Origin: an uncultured Elusimicrobia bacterium
GTDB taxonomy: Bacteria; Elusimicrobiota; Elusimicrobia; UBA1565; UBA9628
Length of the DNA stretch: 64,000 nt
Reading direction: 5' to 3'
Assembly (NCBI GenBank): GCA_964600165.1
Contig: CAZRIP010000002.1
Location: forward strand, 16,400 to 80,399
Both the position numbers and the translations under genes were made by a program. The first letter of the stretch is position 1. Every line of letters begins with the position of its first letter. The notes under the pieces were generated by a model. That model did no database searches. It was not told the DNA's origin and saw only the letters and a program-made list of their open reading frames with translations. Below are positions 1 through 9,540 of this stretch, piece by piece.

Positions 1-1
1 T

Positions 2-445
2 GCGCTGCCGCTGACTCTGCTTTCGACGTACCTGCCGTTCGCCCTGCCGCGAGGCGTCTTCGGCGGCGTGGAGGATTGCGTCTCCACGGGCCGCTTATCG
101 GGCGTCGCGCGCGAGCGGCTCTCGGAGCTGCTGCGGGCGCTCGGGCTCGGCGCGGCCGAGGCCGCGGGGCCGCTCAAAGAATTTGAAGGGGAGCTCGCGC
201 GCGAGACCCCGTATCGAGCCCGTTTTTTCACGACGGTCGTCGCGCGCGCGCTGCGCCGGCGCCCGATGCTGATCTTGCCGATCGCGCATCGGCTCGAAGG
301 CGGGCTCGGCGTCGAGGCGCGGGAGGCGTGGCTGCTGTCGTCCTGCGGCCCGGGCCGGGCGGCGGGTGAGCGCGGCGACGGCTCCCGATTCGAAGGAACG
401 CTCGCGGAATTCGCCGAGGCGTTCGGCAAGGAGAACTTCCGGTGA
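2..445 (+). CDS. Hypothetical protein, 5'-truncated by the window edge
   Basis: The frame of ORF 68..445 stays open back to position 2. Its stop overlaps the GTG of the next gene (GTGA). No recognisable motif. Confidence 0.55.
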   Translation, partial: ALPLTLLSTYLPFALPRGVFGGVEDCVSTGRLSGVARERLSELLRALGLGAAEAAGPLKEFEGELARETPYRARFFTTVVARALRRRPMLILPIAHRLEGGLGVEAREAWLLSSCGPGRAAGERGDGSRFEGTLAEFAEAFGKENFR

Positions 446-1341
446 GCCACCAGATCTATCGGACCGTCCAGGACCTCAAAGGCTTCTCGCTCAAGAACTG
501 CCCCGCCATGCCCGATCCCGCGCGCGTGCTGATGTGCGCGCCCGAGCACTTCGACGTGCTCGAGGTCAAAAATCCTTTCATGGCGGGGCAAGTCGGCCGC
601 GTCGACCGCGCGCTCGCGCGCAAGCAGTGGGAGGAAGTGCGGGCGGCCTTCGAGGCGGCCGGCAAGCCGGTGGCCCTGATGGACGCGGTCCCGGGCCTCG
701 AGGACATGACGTTCTGCGCGAATACCGGCCTCGTCGGCGTCACGCCGCAGATGGAGCGCGTCTGCGTGACGAGCCAAATGCGCCATTCTTCCCGAAAAAG
801 GGAAGTACCGGCCGTCGAGGCCTGGTTCAAGTCCCAGGGGTATCGGATCGCGCGTTTGAAGGACTCCTCGCACGCGTTCGAGGGCGCCGGGGACGCGCTA
901 TGGCATCCGGGCAAGCGCCTCTTGTGGGGAGGCTACGGCTTTCGCTCGGACGCGGAGGTTTACGACGACGTCGCGCGCGCCTTCGAGTCGCCCGTCGTCT
1001 TGCTCAAGCTCGTCAACGAGCGCTTCTACCATCTCGACACCTGCTTCTGCCCCCTGACTTCGGAGGCGGTCTTGATCTATCCCTCGGCCTTCGACGGGCA
1101 GAGCCTCGAGTTGATCCTCAAGATCTTCCCGGTCGTCTTGACCGCGGGCGAGTCCGAGGCGGTGCGGTTCATGGCCTGCAACGCCGCCGTCGTCGACGGC
1201 AAGACGGCGATCCTGCAGCGCGGCGCCTCGGGCGTCGCGCGCCACATGTCCGTGATGGGGCTCAAGGTCATCGAGGTCGACACCGGCGAGTTCATGAAGT
1301 CGGGAGGCAGCGTGTACTGCCTCAAGAACTTCGTCTACTGA
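442..1341 (+). CDS. Amidinotransferase / dimethylarginine dimethylaminohydrolase (arginine deiminase superfamily) protein
   Basis: Family motifs MCAPEHFDV..KNPFM, DMTFCAN, FEGAGD, FYHLDTCFCPL and C-terminal FMKSGGSVYCL with the nucleophile Cys. Confidence 0.9.
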   Translation: MSHQIYRTVQDLKGFSLKNCPAMPDPARVLMCAPEHFDVLEVKNPFMAGQVGRVDRALARKQWEEVRAAFEAAGKPVALMDAVPGLEDMTFCANTGLVGVTPQMERVCVTSQMRHSSRKREVPAVEAWFKSQGYRIARLKDSSHAFEGAGDALWHPGKRLLWGGYGFRSDAEVYDDVARAFESPVVLLKLVNERFYHLDTCFCPLTSEAVLIYPSAFDGQSLELILKIFPVVLTAGESEAVRFMACNAAVVDGKTAILQRGASGVARHMSVMGLKVIEVDTGEFMKSGGSVYCLKNFVY

Positions 1342-1344
1342 CCG

Positions 1345-2139
1345 ATGATCGGGGCCTGGCTCCTGCTCGCCTGCTTGGGCGCGCGCGCCGCGGAGACCTC
1401 CGGGCTTCCGGACGCCGCCGTCCGGCGCGTCGCGGCTCTCGAGCGGGAGATCTCGAAGGAGCGCTTCGGCAGGGTCCTGCTCGCGGAGACCGCCGGCGTG
1501 CCGAGGCGCGCGGTTGAGGGCGCGTCGGTCGTCGCCTATCGCGGCGCGCCGCCGGCCGTCGTGTTCGATCTCGACCGCCTCGCCTCTGAAAGCGAATGGG
1601 ATCTGGAGCTCGCCTACGCGCGCGCGTTGTCTTACGCCGCGCAGGGCCTTTCCGTCGAGCTTGTGGAGTCCGACGAGAAGGCCTGGGCCGACGCCTTGGC
1701 TTGGGCCGTCGAGAAAGCTCGGGAGGACGCGGCGTTCTCCGCGAAGTTGCGCGGGGCGCTGCGCGCGCGCGCCGCCGACCCAGAGGCGCCTTCGGTCGGA
1801 GAGCTCGACCGCCTCTCGCGCTACGGCGCGCGGCTGCTCGAGTCCGTCGACTCGTTTTGCCTCGCCGTGGAGTCCGGCCGCCCCTGGAACAAGGAGGCCG
1901 TTTCGATGACCGCGTTGTCCGATTTCATCGACCGCTACGGACCGGGCTACGAGGCGATCGCGTTCCAGAAGGGGTCCCCTTACGCCCGCGCCGGCGAGCG
2001 CCGCTACCCGGCGGCCCTCTACGAGGCGGCTCTCGCGCTCAAGCCCGGCGGCGGCCTCGCGCCGATCCGCGAGGCGCTGGGGCCGCTCGAGACGGAGACG
2101 CTGCCCGAGCTGCGTCGCGCCCTCGAGCGGCTTAAGTGA
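1345..2139 (+). CDS. Secreted hypothetical protein
   Basis: 264-aa ORF starting 3 nt after the previous stop, with a signal-peptide-like N-terminus (MIGAWLLLACLGARA). Confidence 0.7.
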   Translation: MIGAWLLLACLGARAAETSGLPDAAVRRVAALEREISKERFGRVLLAETAGVPRRAVEGASVVAYRGAPPAVVFDLDRLASESEWDLELAYARALSYAAQGLSVELVESDEKAWADALAWAVEKAREDAAFSAKLRGALRARAADPEAPSVGELDRLSRYGARLLESVDSFCLAVESGRPWNKEAVSMTALSDFIDRYGPGYEAIAFQKGSPYARAGERRYPAALYEAALALKPGGGLAPIREALGPLETETLPELRRALERLK

Positions 2140-2157
2140 TTTGATATACTAGCGTCC

Positions 2158-2469
2158 ATGCCGCGACGATTCCTGCTGAGCCTGCTCATGCTGCTCTTGG
2201 CGCTGCCGCTGCTCGCCGCCGACGGCGCCCCCGTCAAGAAAAAGAAGAAGAAAAAAGCCGATCCTTACGAGAACAGCAAGTACAAGTCTTATAAGGTCCT
2301 GACGCCGGAAGAGGGCCATACCTACCGCTTCGACGACAAGGGCGATCCGATCGCGCCGCCGTCCAAGAAGAAGAAGGCCGCGAAAAAGAGGACGTCGGAC
2401 GACGGCGACTCGAAGACGGACTGCGCCGAGGGCGATACCTGCGGCGATACCGCCAAGTCGGGCGAGTAG
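2158..2469 (+). CDS. Small secreted Lys-rich hypothetical protein
   Basis: Signal peptide (MPRRFLLSLLMLLLALPLLA), poly-Lys tracts, TATACT 7 nt upstream of the ATG. Confidence 0.7.
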   Translation: MPRRFLLSLLMLLLALPLLAADGAPVKKKKKKKADPYENSKYKSYKVLTPEEGHTYRFDDKGDPIAPPSKKKKAAKKRTSDDGDSKTDCAEGDTCGDTAKSGE

Positions 2470-2479
2470 CGGCGCGGCG

Positions 2480-2656
2480 GTGAAGAACCACGGCCTGCGC
2501 TGGCTGAACTTGATCCTCTCGGTCGCCTTCTTGCTCAAATCGGTGTTCGGCGCGACGACGACCTGGTCGGTCGCGGGCTTCTTCGTCTTCGGCGCGGTGT
2601 GGTATTTCCTGACTTGGCGCCGGACGCGCGAGCTCGACGCGACGCGCCCGCGCTAG
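2480..2656 (+). CDS. Small membrane protein (58 aa), missing from the ORF track
   Basis: GTG..TAG read manually: VKNHGLRWLNLILSVAFLLKSVFGATTTWSVAGFFVFGAVWYFLTWRRTRELDATRPR. Two hydrophobic segments. It fills the gap between genes and its stop overlaps the next GTG. Confidence 0.6.
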   Translation: MKNHGLRWLNLILSVAFLLKSVFGATTTWSVAGFFVFGAVWYFLTWRRTRELDATRPR

Positions 2657-3168
2657 TGGACTGGTCGCCGTTTCGCGTCGCCGCGGCCGGCGCGCCCGTC
2701 GCGCGCGCGCGCGGCCTCAACGGTCCGGACGGCCTGGGCGATCGCTTGCGCACGGCGGCCTTCGCCGAAAAGCAGGCCGCGGCCGCGTTTCACTGGGCGG
2801 TCAAAAATCTCGGCGACGCCGGCGAAGATTTGCGCGCCTCTTGGGCGCGCTTCGCGGCCGAGGAAGAGAAGCACTACGGCTGGATTATGACGCGGATGAC
2901 GGCCCTGAATATCGACCCGGCCGCGCGCGAGGTCTCGGACTCGCTATGGCGATCCCTTTGCGCGGCGGAAACGGCGGGCCAATTCTGCGCGCTGATGGTC
3001 GCGGCCGAGGATCGCGGACGCCAGGCCGAGCGGGCCTTCGTGTCCCTGCTGGCCGGGCGCGATCCCGAGTCGGCGGAGATCTTCAGGCGGATCGCCGACG
3101 AGGAGGACGAGCACATAGCCCGGCAGACTACTGGCAGGGCGGGAGATTGCGGCCCGAGTAATCCGTGA
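2656..3168 (+). CDS. Ferritin-like domain protein (DUF455-like)
   Basis: Paired E/ExxH-type carboxylate motifs (AFAE, EEEKH, AAEDRG, DEEDEH). Start placed at GTG 2656, overlapping the upstream stop. Confidence 0.75.
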   Translation: MDWSPFRVAAAGAPVARARGLNGPDGLGDRLRTAAFAEKQAAAAFHWAVKNLGDAGEDLRASWARFAAEEEKHYGWIMTRMTALNIDPAAREVSDSLWRSLCAAETAGQFCALMVAAEDRGRQAERAFVSLLAGRDPESAEIFRRIADEEDEHIARQTTGRAGDCGPSNP

Positions 3169-3985
3169 GGTCGGCGATCTCGAGCGCGGCGTTCTTGATC
3201 CGGAAGCCGTAGACCTTTCGGTTCAAAGTCCGGGCGACGTAGCCTTCCGCGAGCGTCTCGGCCCGAAACACCAGACTGTCGTCGTCCCAGCGCTCGTAGG
3301 TCTTGCCGCCCTCGATGTACTCCTCGAAGCTCTTGAGGGTCACCGCGTGGTCCATGCGCGGCTCCACGCCGCCGAAGCGCTCCTGGATGATCCTGGAGTA
3401 GACGAAGCGATAGGTCTTGCCGTTGAGCGCGACGGCCGGCGCGGCGGAAAACGTGTTCCAAGCCAGCTCGCCCGTCGTCAGCTCGCGCTTGAAACCGGCG
3501 TCGTCCCATACTTTGATGCGGATGCGCTCGTTGTGCGTGATGCCGCCCCACACGGCGACTTGGGCATGGAAAAGATGCCCGTGGATCATTTTGTCCTGCC
3601 GGCTGCGCTCGGCCGGCATCCAATAGATCGCGGGGTCTCCCTCGACGGCGAAAGCGAAGAACCAGCCGGCGCCCAAGCCCTTGGCGAACGGGTCCTTGCT
3701 TCCGGTCATGTGGATCCGCATGCCGGCGGTCTCGAGCACGGTGGCGGAGTTGAAATAGGCTTCCTCGTTGGGCAGCGGGATCGGCTGGGCGACGAGGGGC
3801 TTCACCTCGCAGAGCGGTCGGCCTTCGACCGGCTTTTGGCCCTCGAGCGCGGCGCCGCGTTGGAATAAGAACGAGGCCGGCAGGGCGAGCGAAGCCGACG
3901 CGAAGGCGCTCGCCGATTCGGCGGACTGGGCCCGCGCCTGGGCAAGGGGCTGGACCGCCAGGAGCGCGGCTAGGACGATCTTCAT
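3128..3985 (-). CDS. Secreted hypothetical protein
   Basis: 285-aa ORF with a signal peptide (MKIVLAALLAVQPLAQARA) and a predicted beta-rich mature part. Confidence 0.7.
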   Translation of the reverse strand: MKIVLAALLAVQPLAQARAQSAESASAFASASLALPASFLFQRGAALEGQKPVEGRPLCEVKPLVAQPIPLPNEEAYFNSATVLETAGMRIHMTGSKDPFAKGLGAGWFFAFAVEGDPAIYWMPAERSRQDKMIHGHLFHAQVAVWGGITHNERIRIKVWDDAGFKRELTTGELAWNTFSAAPAVALNGKTYRFVYSRIIQERFGGVEPRMDHAVTLKSFEEYIEGGKTYERWDDDSLVFRAETLAEGYVARTLNRKVYGFRIKNAALEIADLTDYSGRNLPPCQ

Positions 3986-4091
3986 CTAAGGATAGCATAG
4001 CCTCGATCCCCCGCCGGCGGCTGGGCCTACGGGACCTCGATCCTCGGACAAAAGGCCTATCCTGCCGCCGCAATTTGATAATCTCTCCGCG

Positions 4092-5123
4092 ATGAAGGCG
4101 CGCCTGGGCTTCGTCGTCCTTTCCTTCTTGTTGAGCGTCGCGCTGGGCCTGACGCTCTCGCGCCGGGGCGGGGAAGTCTCGACGGCGCATGCCAAGCCGC
4201 TGATCGGGCTGTCGCTCGACACCCTCAAAGAGGAGCGCTGGCAGGCCGATCGCGACCTCTTCGTCGCGCGCGCCGGAGAGCTCGGCGCCGACGTGCTCGT
4301 CCAGGCCGCCAACAGCGACGACACGAGGCAGATCCAGGACGTCGAAGCCCTGATCTCGCGGAAAGTGGACGCGCTCGTGATCGTGCCGCACAACGGCGCG
4401 GCGATGGCCAAGGCGGTCGGGCTCGCCCACGACGCGGGGATCCCGGTGATCGCTTACGACCGCATGATCCCGGACGCCGGAGTCGATCTTTACGTCAGCG
4501 TCGACCCGTACAAGGTCGGCGCGCTCCAGGCGCGGTTCCTTATCGACTACTTCAAAGGGAAGGGGCCCAAGAAGCTCGTGCGCATCAACGGCGCCAAGAC
4601 CGACCCCAACGCCCATCTGGTCAAGAAAGGACAAGACGACGCCCTCGCGGCCGCGCCCTCGCTCAAGATCGTGCACGAGGACTGGGCCGAGGAATGGAAG
4701 CCCGAGAACGCCAAGAAGATAACACAGGCCGCGCTCACGCGCGTCGGCTCCTTCGACGCCGTGCTCGCCGCCAACGACGGCACGGCGGGCGGCGCGATCC
4801 AGGCGCTTTCGGAGGAAGGCCTCGCCGGCAAGGTCGTCGTGACGGGGCAGGACGCCGAGCTGGCCGCCTGCCAGCGCGTCTTGGCGGGGGTCCAATCCAT
4901 GACGATCTATAAGCCGCTCAAGAAGCTCGCGGCGCTGGCGGCCGAGGCCGCGGTGCGGCTGGCGAGCCGCCGGCCGGTGATCGCGAAGGAAGAGGTCGCC
5001 GACGCGAAGGGTCCCGTGCCCGCGATCATGCTCGCGCCCGTCATCGCCACGAAAGAGAACATGCTCTCCACCGTCGTCGCCGACGGCTTTCATTCGCGCG
5101 AGGACGTCTTCCGCAAGCCTTGA
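4092..5123 (+). CDS. xylF: Sugar (D-xylose-type) ABC transporter substrate-binding protein
   Basis: XylF-like motifs: TLKEERWQADRD, QIQDVEALIS..VDALVIVPHNG, AANDGTAGGAIQAL, GQDAELAACQR, SMTIYKPL. Confidence 0.85.
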   Translation: MKARLGFVVLSFLLSVALGLTLSRRGGEVSTAHAKPLIGLSLDTLKEERWQADRDLFVARAGELGADVLVQAANSDDTRQIQDVEALISRKVDALVIVPHNGAAMAKAVGLAHDAGIPVIAYDRMIPDAGVDLYVSVDPYKVGALQARFLIDYFKGKGPKKLVRINGAKTDPNAHLVKKGQDDALAAAPSLKIVHEDWAEEWKPENAKKITQAALTRVGSFDAVLAANDGTAGGAIQALSEEGLAGKVVVTGQDAELAACQRVLAGVQSMTIYKPLKKLAALAAEAAVRLASRRPVIAKEEVADAKGPVPAIMLAPVIATKENMLSTVVADGFHSREDVFRKP

Positions 5124-6643
5124 TGAGCGCGACGCCGATCCTCGAGGCGCGCGGCGTCACCAAGCGCTTCGGCGGCGTGACCGCCTTGAAAGGGGTCAGC
5201 TTCGACTTGTTCCCGGGCGAGGTGCACGCCCTTTGCGGAGAGAACGGCGCCGGCAAGTCGACTCTCATCAAGCTCTTGACCGGCATCCATCCGCACGGCT
5301 CCTATGAAGGAGAGCTCGTCGTCTCAGGGGCGCCAACGCGCTTTCGCGGCGTGGCCGACGCCGAGGCCGCAGGGGTCGCCGCGATCTACCAGGAGCTCGC
5401 GCTCGTGCCCGAGATGACGGTGGCCGAGAACGTTTTCCTCGGAGCGGAGCCCGCGCGCGGCTTTCTCATCGACGGCGAGCGCATGCGGCGCGAGACGCGC
5501 GGGCTACTGGAGCGCTTCGGCCTCGACATCGACCCCGACGCCAAGGCCGGCGAGCTCGGCGTCGGGCGCCGGCAGCTCGTCGAGATCGTGAAAGCCCTTA
5601 GAAAAGACTCCCGCGTCCTGATCCTCGACGAGCCGACGGCGGCGTTGTCCGAGACGGAGGTCGACGTCCTGCTCGGCATCGTGCGCGGCTTGAAGAAAAA
5701 GGGCATCGCCTGCGTGTACATCTCCCACAAGCTGCGCGAGGTCTTCGCGCTCGCCGACCGCGTCACGGTCCTGCGCGACGGCGCCACGGTCCGGACGCTT
5801 TTAAAGGAAAAGACGGACGCCCAGGAAGTCATCAAGCTCATGGTCGGCCGCGAGATCGGGCAGCTCTTCCCGCGCAAGGCAACGCCGGTCGGCGCGGCGC
5901 TTTTGACGGTGGAAGGCCTCTCCGTCGCGCCCGCCCCCGAGCAGCCGCCGCTCCTGCGCGACGTCTCGTTCCAGGCGCGGGCGGGGGAGGTCCTCGGCAT
6001 CGGAGGGCTCATGGGCGCCGGGCGCAGCGAGCTCTTGATGCACGTCTTCGGCGCGTGGGGCCATCGGCTCAAGGGAGCCATAAAGCTCCTCAACAAGGAG
6101 CTTGAGCCTCAGGACTGCTCCGCGAGTATTGCGCGCGGTTTGGCGCTCGTGACCGAGGACCGCCGACGCTACGGGTTGTTCATGGATAAAGACATCGCCT
6201 TCAACCTCTCGCTCTCGAGCCTTCTCGCGCTCAGCCGCGGCGGCATGATCGACGAGGAGCGCGAGCTCGCGCGCAACAAGGACGCGTCGGCCGCGCTCAA
6301 GGTGCGCGGGGCTTCCCTCGAGGGCCTCGTCAGCGCGCTTTCGGGCGGCAACCAGCAAAAGGTCGTGCTCGGGCGCGCGCTGATGACGGAGCCGAAGGTC
6401 GTCTTCCTCGACGAGCCGACGCGCGGCATCGACGTCGGCGCCAAGCTCGAGGTCTACGAGCTCGTCAACCGGCTGACGGCGGAAGGCAAGGCCGTCGTGC
6501 TCGTCTCGAGCGAGCTGCCCGAGCTCATCGGCATGAGCGATCGCGTCCTGATCCTGCATGAGGGCCGCGTCGGCGGGGAATTTTCCAAGAGCGAAGCGAC
6601 GCCGGAGAAACTGATGGCCGCGGCGACGGGGAACGCGCTATGA
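5120..6643 (+). CDS. xylG: Sugar ABC transporter ATP-binding protein (two ABC domains)
   Basis: Walker A GENGAGKS, ILDEPTA, LSGGNQQKV, FLDEPTRGIDVGAK (RbsA/XylG family). Confidence 0.85.
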   Translation: MMSATPILEARGVTKRFGGVTALKGVSFDLFPGEVHALCGENGAGKSTLIKLLTGIHPHGSYEGELVVSGAPTRFRGVADAEAAGVAAIYQELALVPEMTVAENVFLGAEPARGFLIDGERMRRETRGLLERFGLDIDPDAKAGELGVGRRQLVEIVKALRKDSRVLILDEPTAALSETEVDVLLGIVRGLKKKGIACVYISHKLREVFALADRVTVLRDGATVRTLLKEKTDAQEVIKLMVGREIGQLFPRKATPVGAALLTVEGLSVAPAPEQPPLLRDVSFQARAGEVLGIGGLMGAGRSELLMHVFGAWGHRLKGAIKLLNKELEPQDCSASIARGLALVTEDRRRYGLFMDKDIAFNLSLSSLLALSRGGMIDEERELARNKDASAALKVRGASLEGLVSALSGGNQQKVVLGRALMTEPKVVFLDEPTRGIDVGAKLEVYELVNRLTAEGKAVVLVSSELPELIGMSDRVLILHEGRVGGEFSKSEATPEKLMAAATGNAL

Positions 6644-7755
6644 AGTTTGGGCGCGAAGCGACCATGGCGGCGTCGCTCGCGGCGATCTTCGCCGTGTTCG
6701 CGATCCTCTCGCCGCAGTTCGTGAGCGCGCGCAACCTGTCGATGCTCGTCATCGAGCTCTCGATCACGGCCACGCTCGCGCTCGGGGTGTTCCTCATCAT
6801 CTTGGCCGGGCACATCGATCTTTCGATCGGCAGCGGCGTGGGCCTGATCGGCGGCGTGGCGAGCGTGCTCGTCTTCCAGCATCATTGGCCGGCGCCGCTC
6901 GCGCTGCTCGCCGCGCTCGCGCTCGCCGTCGCGTTGTGGCTGGCGATGGGGGCGCTCGTGGTGACGCAGAGGATGCCGTCTTTCATCATCACGCTCGGCG
7001 GGCTGCTCGTATTCAAGGGATTATTCTGGCTCGTCATCCACAACGCCACCGTGCCGGTCTCCGTCGGCGGCGTCGCGAACCTCTACTCGCGCCTGACGAC
7101 GTTCTATCTTCCGCCGTGGCTCGGCTACGCGCTGCTTCTCTTGGGAGTCGCCGCCGCGGTCCGCCGCAAGCTCGCGGCCGGCGCGCGGCGCCGCGCGCAC
7201 GGCCTCGAGGCCGACGACGGCGAGACTTCGTTTTTGAAGCTCTTCGTTCTGGGACAAGCCGGGTTGTTGTTCGTGCTCACGATGAATCAGTTTCGCGGCG
7301 TGCCGCTGCCGGCGGTCATCCTGGCCCTCGTCGCGGGCGGCGCGGCCGTCCTCACGAGGCGCACGCGCTATGGGCGCTACCTTTACGCGATCGGCGGAAA
7401 CCACGAGGCCGCCGTCGTGTCGGGCTTGCCCGTGGACGCGGTCGTGATCGGAGCCTTCGGCGTGATGGGCGCCGTCGTCGCCGTCACCGGCTTCATGCAG
7501 ACCGCTTACGCCGGGGCCTCGACGACGACGGTCGGCGAGCTCATGGAGTTGGACGCCATCGCCGCCTGCGTGATCGGCGGGACGAGCTTGACGGGGGGGC
7601 GCGGCACGGCGCTGGGCGTCCTTTTCGGCGCGCTCATCATGGCGACGCTCCTCAACGGCATGACGCTGCTCGCCGTGTCGCCCGAGTTCAAGCTCATCGC
7701 GCGCGGGCTCGTGCTCGCGCTCGCGGTCTGGCTGGATACCCGCCGGAGCGCGTAG
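6640..7755 (+). CDS. xylH: Sugar ABC transporter permease
   Basis: Multi-TM protein with GHIDLSIGS, YGRYLYAIGGNHEAA and ELDAIAACVIGGTSL motifs. In an operon with xylF/xylG. Confidence 0.85.
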   Translation: MKFGREATMAASLAAIFAVFAILSPQFVSARNLSMLVIELSITATLALGVFLIILAGHIDLSIGSGVGLIGGVASVLVFQHHWPAPLALLAALALAVALWLAMGALVVTQRMPSFIITLGGLLVFKGLFWLVIHNATVPVSVGGVANLYSRLTTFYLPPWLGYALLLLGVAAAVRRKLAAGARRRAHGLEADDGETSFLKLFVLGQAGLLFVLTMNQFRGVPLPAVILALVAGGAAVLTRRTRYGRYLYAIGGNHEAAVVSGLPVDAVVIGAFGVMGAVVAVTGFMQTAYAGASTTTVGELMELDAIAACVIGGTSLTGGRGTALGVLFGALIMATLLNGMTLLAVSPEFKLIARGLVLALAVWLDTRRSA

Positions 7756-7758
7756 CCG

Positions 7759-8607
7759 TCAGTCGTCCTTGCGCTTCTTGTCCAGGCCGTAAAGACGCGG
7801 CTTGGTGAACTTCTCCTCGCGGTCGAGAAGATCGATCAGCGCGATGCGCACCCAATACGCGTCCTGATCCATGACGACGCCGGCGTTATCGAACTCGTTG
7901 ATGAGATCGATCGGCTTCATGGCGTCGTAGGTCCTGTCGAAGATCGGCTGCTCGAAATCGCCGGTCGACGAGATCTGGATCCGGTAGGCCGTCACGTCGA
8001 GCCGGTTTTCGAGGAGCTTGTCGACCTGTCCGCCCTTGACGTCGGACATGACGGGTAAGTCCATCGCGCGCGGCGACGCCCTCGTCGAGCCCGCCGAAGA
8101 GCCCGCGCCGCCGCCGCCGCGCGCGCCGAAAGCAGCGGAGAGGCGGCCGCCGCCGCCGGATGGCGGAGGATCCCCGGCCGCGAGAGGCGGAACGGCGCCC
8201 GCGTTGGGAACTCCGCCTCCTCCGGGAGGCACCGGCGCGTTCGCCTCGCCGTCGCGGCGCTGCGTCGTTTGGGGGGGCGCGCCCTGATCGGCCCGGGCGG
8301 GCGCGTTCTCGGCGGCTTCCGGCGGCGCGCCCTCCGAATCGGGCGCGGCCGCCCCGGCCGGCGCCGCCGCGGCCGGCCCGGCCGCTCGCAACTTGGCCGC
8401 CGCGGGCGCGGCGAAAGCCTCGGGCGTCGCGGAGCGGCCCTTACCCGGGGCGGGGGCGGCGCTTGCGCCGGCAAGAGGAGGCGCGAGGGTCGTCGCGCGC
8501 GACTGGCCCTGGTCGACGGACAACTTCTTGGGCGTGCCCGGGCCGTGGTGCGTGGCGCAGGCGCAAAGAAGGATCGATGCCAGCGGCGCTCCGCGCAAGC
8601 GAGCCAT
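7759..8607 (-). CDS. Putative lipoprotein with long Pro/Ala/Gly linker and small C-terminal domain
   Basis: MARLRGAPLASILLCAC contains a lipobox-like LxAC. Low-complexity middle, globular ~95-aa C-terminus. Start placed at ATG 8607. Confidence 0.65.
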   Translation of the reverse strand: MARLRGAPLASILLCACATHHGPGTPKKLSVDQGQSRATTLAPPLAGASAAPAPGKGRSATPEAFAAPAAAKLRAAGPAAAAPAGAAAPDSEGAPPEAAENAPARADQGAPPQTTQRRDGEANAPVPPGGGGVPNAGAVPPLAAGDPPPSGGGGRLSAAFGARGGGGAGSSAGSTRASPRAMDLPVMSDVKGGQVDKLLENRLDVTAYRIQISSTGDFEQPIFDRTYDAMKPIDLINEFDNAGVVMDQDAYWVRIALIDLLDREEKFTKPRLYGLDKKRKDD

Positions 8608-8690
8608 TGCCTTAGTGTCGCCCCGCGAGCGCCCGAAGTCAAGACCATGAACGCGCCGCATGCCTCGGGCGATATTAGGCCAAGCTCGCT

Positions 8691-8710
8691 ATATACCGGA
8701 ACCGGTATAT
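8691..8710. promoter_or_regulatory. Perfect inverted repeat, candidate operator
   Basis: ATATACCGG-AA-CCGGTATAT (9-bp arms) in the AT-rich divergent intergenic region. Confidence 0.45.
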
Positions 8711-8797
8711 TATTCTACGCGGCCATACGCTCGGAAGGGCTCATGACCGGACCTCTCTTGGCCGGGACCGGCGCGTATGTGCTTTAATGTGGCGTCA

Positions 8798-8883
8798 GGG
8801 CAGGTGGCGGAACTGGCAGACGCAGCGGACTTAAAATCCGCGGGCCGGAAACGGTCGTGCGGGTTCGACTCCCGCCCTGCCCA
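8798..8883 (+). tRNA. tRNA-Leu(TAA)
   Basis: Acceptor stem GGGCAGG/CCTGCCC, D-arm TGGCGGAACTGGCAGACGC, anticodon stem GCGGA/TCCGC with loop CTTAAAA, long variable arm, T-loop GGTTCGACTCC. CCA is not encoded. Confidence 0.95.
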
Positions 8884-8892
8884 AGGATCTCG

Positions 8893-9540
8893 ATGGCCAA
8901 GCAAGGCATCCGTTTCGTTCTCGTAGGAGCGATCTTCGACGCGCTCGGCGTCGCCGGCGCGGCGTGGGGCGTCGTCGGACATCTCTTATCTCTTGTCGTC
9001 GCCGGAGCGATCTTGGCGGCGCTGGCCACGGTCTTCACGGCCTTCTGCGTCTATTTCTTCCGCGACCCGGAGCGCCCGTTGCCGACGGATTCGACGACGC
9101 TCTACGCGCCGGGCGACGGCCGCGTGCTGGCGATCTCCGAGGAAACGCCGGGGACGACGACGATCCGCATTTTCCTGTCGGTCTTCGACGTGCACATCCA
9201 GCGCGCGCCGTGCTCGGGCTCGGTGCGGTCCGTCGTCTATCAGCCGGGCTCTTTTCGCGCGGCGATGGTCGAGGCGGCGAAAGGCAACGAGCGCTCGATC
9301 ATGACGATCTCGCCCGAGGGCCGGCCCGACGTCGTCGTCGAGCAGATCGCCGGGCTCGTCGCGCGGCGCATCGAGACCTGGCCCAAGCAGGGCGAGCGCG
9401 TGACGATGGGCCAGCGCTACGGCATCATCTATTTCGGCTCGCAGGCGGCCGTGCATCTGCCCAAGGGCGCCGTTCCCGTCGTCAAGCCCGGCGACCGCGT
9501 CGCCGGAGCCTTGACCCCCATCGCGCGATGGACAAGCTGA
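8893..9540 (+). CDS. psd: Phosphatidylserine decarboxylase proenzyme
   Basis: FFRDPER, YAPGDG, IFLSVFDVHIQRAP, QIAGLVARRI, and YFGSQ self-cleavage motif. Confidence 0.9.
   Translation: MAKQGIRFVLVGAIFDALGVAGAAWGVVGHLLSLVVAGAILAALATVFTAFCVYFFRDPERPLPTDSTTLYAPGDGRVLAISEETPGTTTIRIFLSVFDVHIQRAPCSGSVRSVVYQPGSFRAAMVEAAKGNERSIMTISPEGRPDVVVEQIAGLVARRIETWPKQGERVTMGQRYGIIYFGSQAAVHLPKGAVPVVKPGDRVAGALTPIARWTS

Noticed and set aside
8798-8883. tRNA-Leu as an integration site (attB) for a genomic island
   Set aside because: No integrase nearby and no duplicated tRNA 3' end was seen in the window. The flanking genes are housekeeping.
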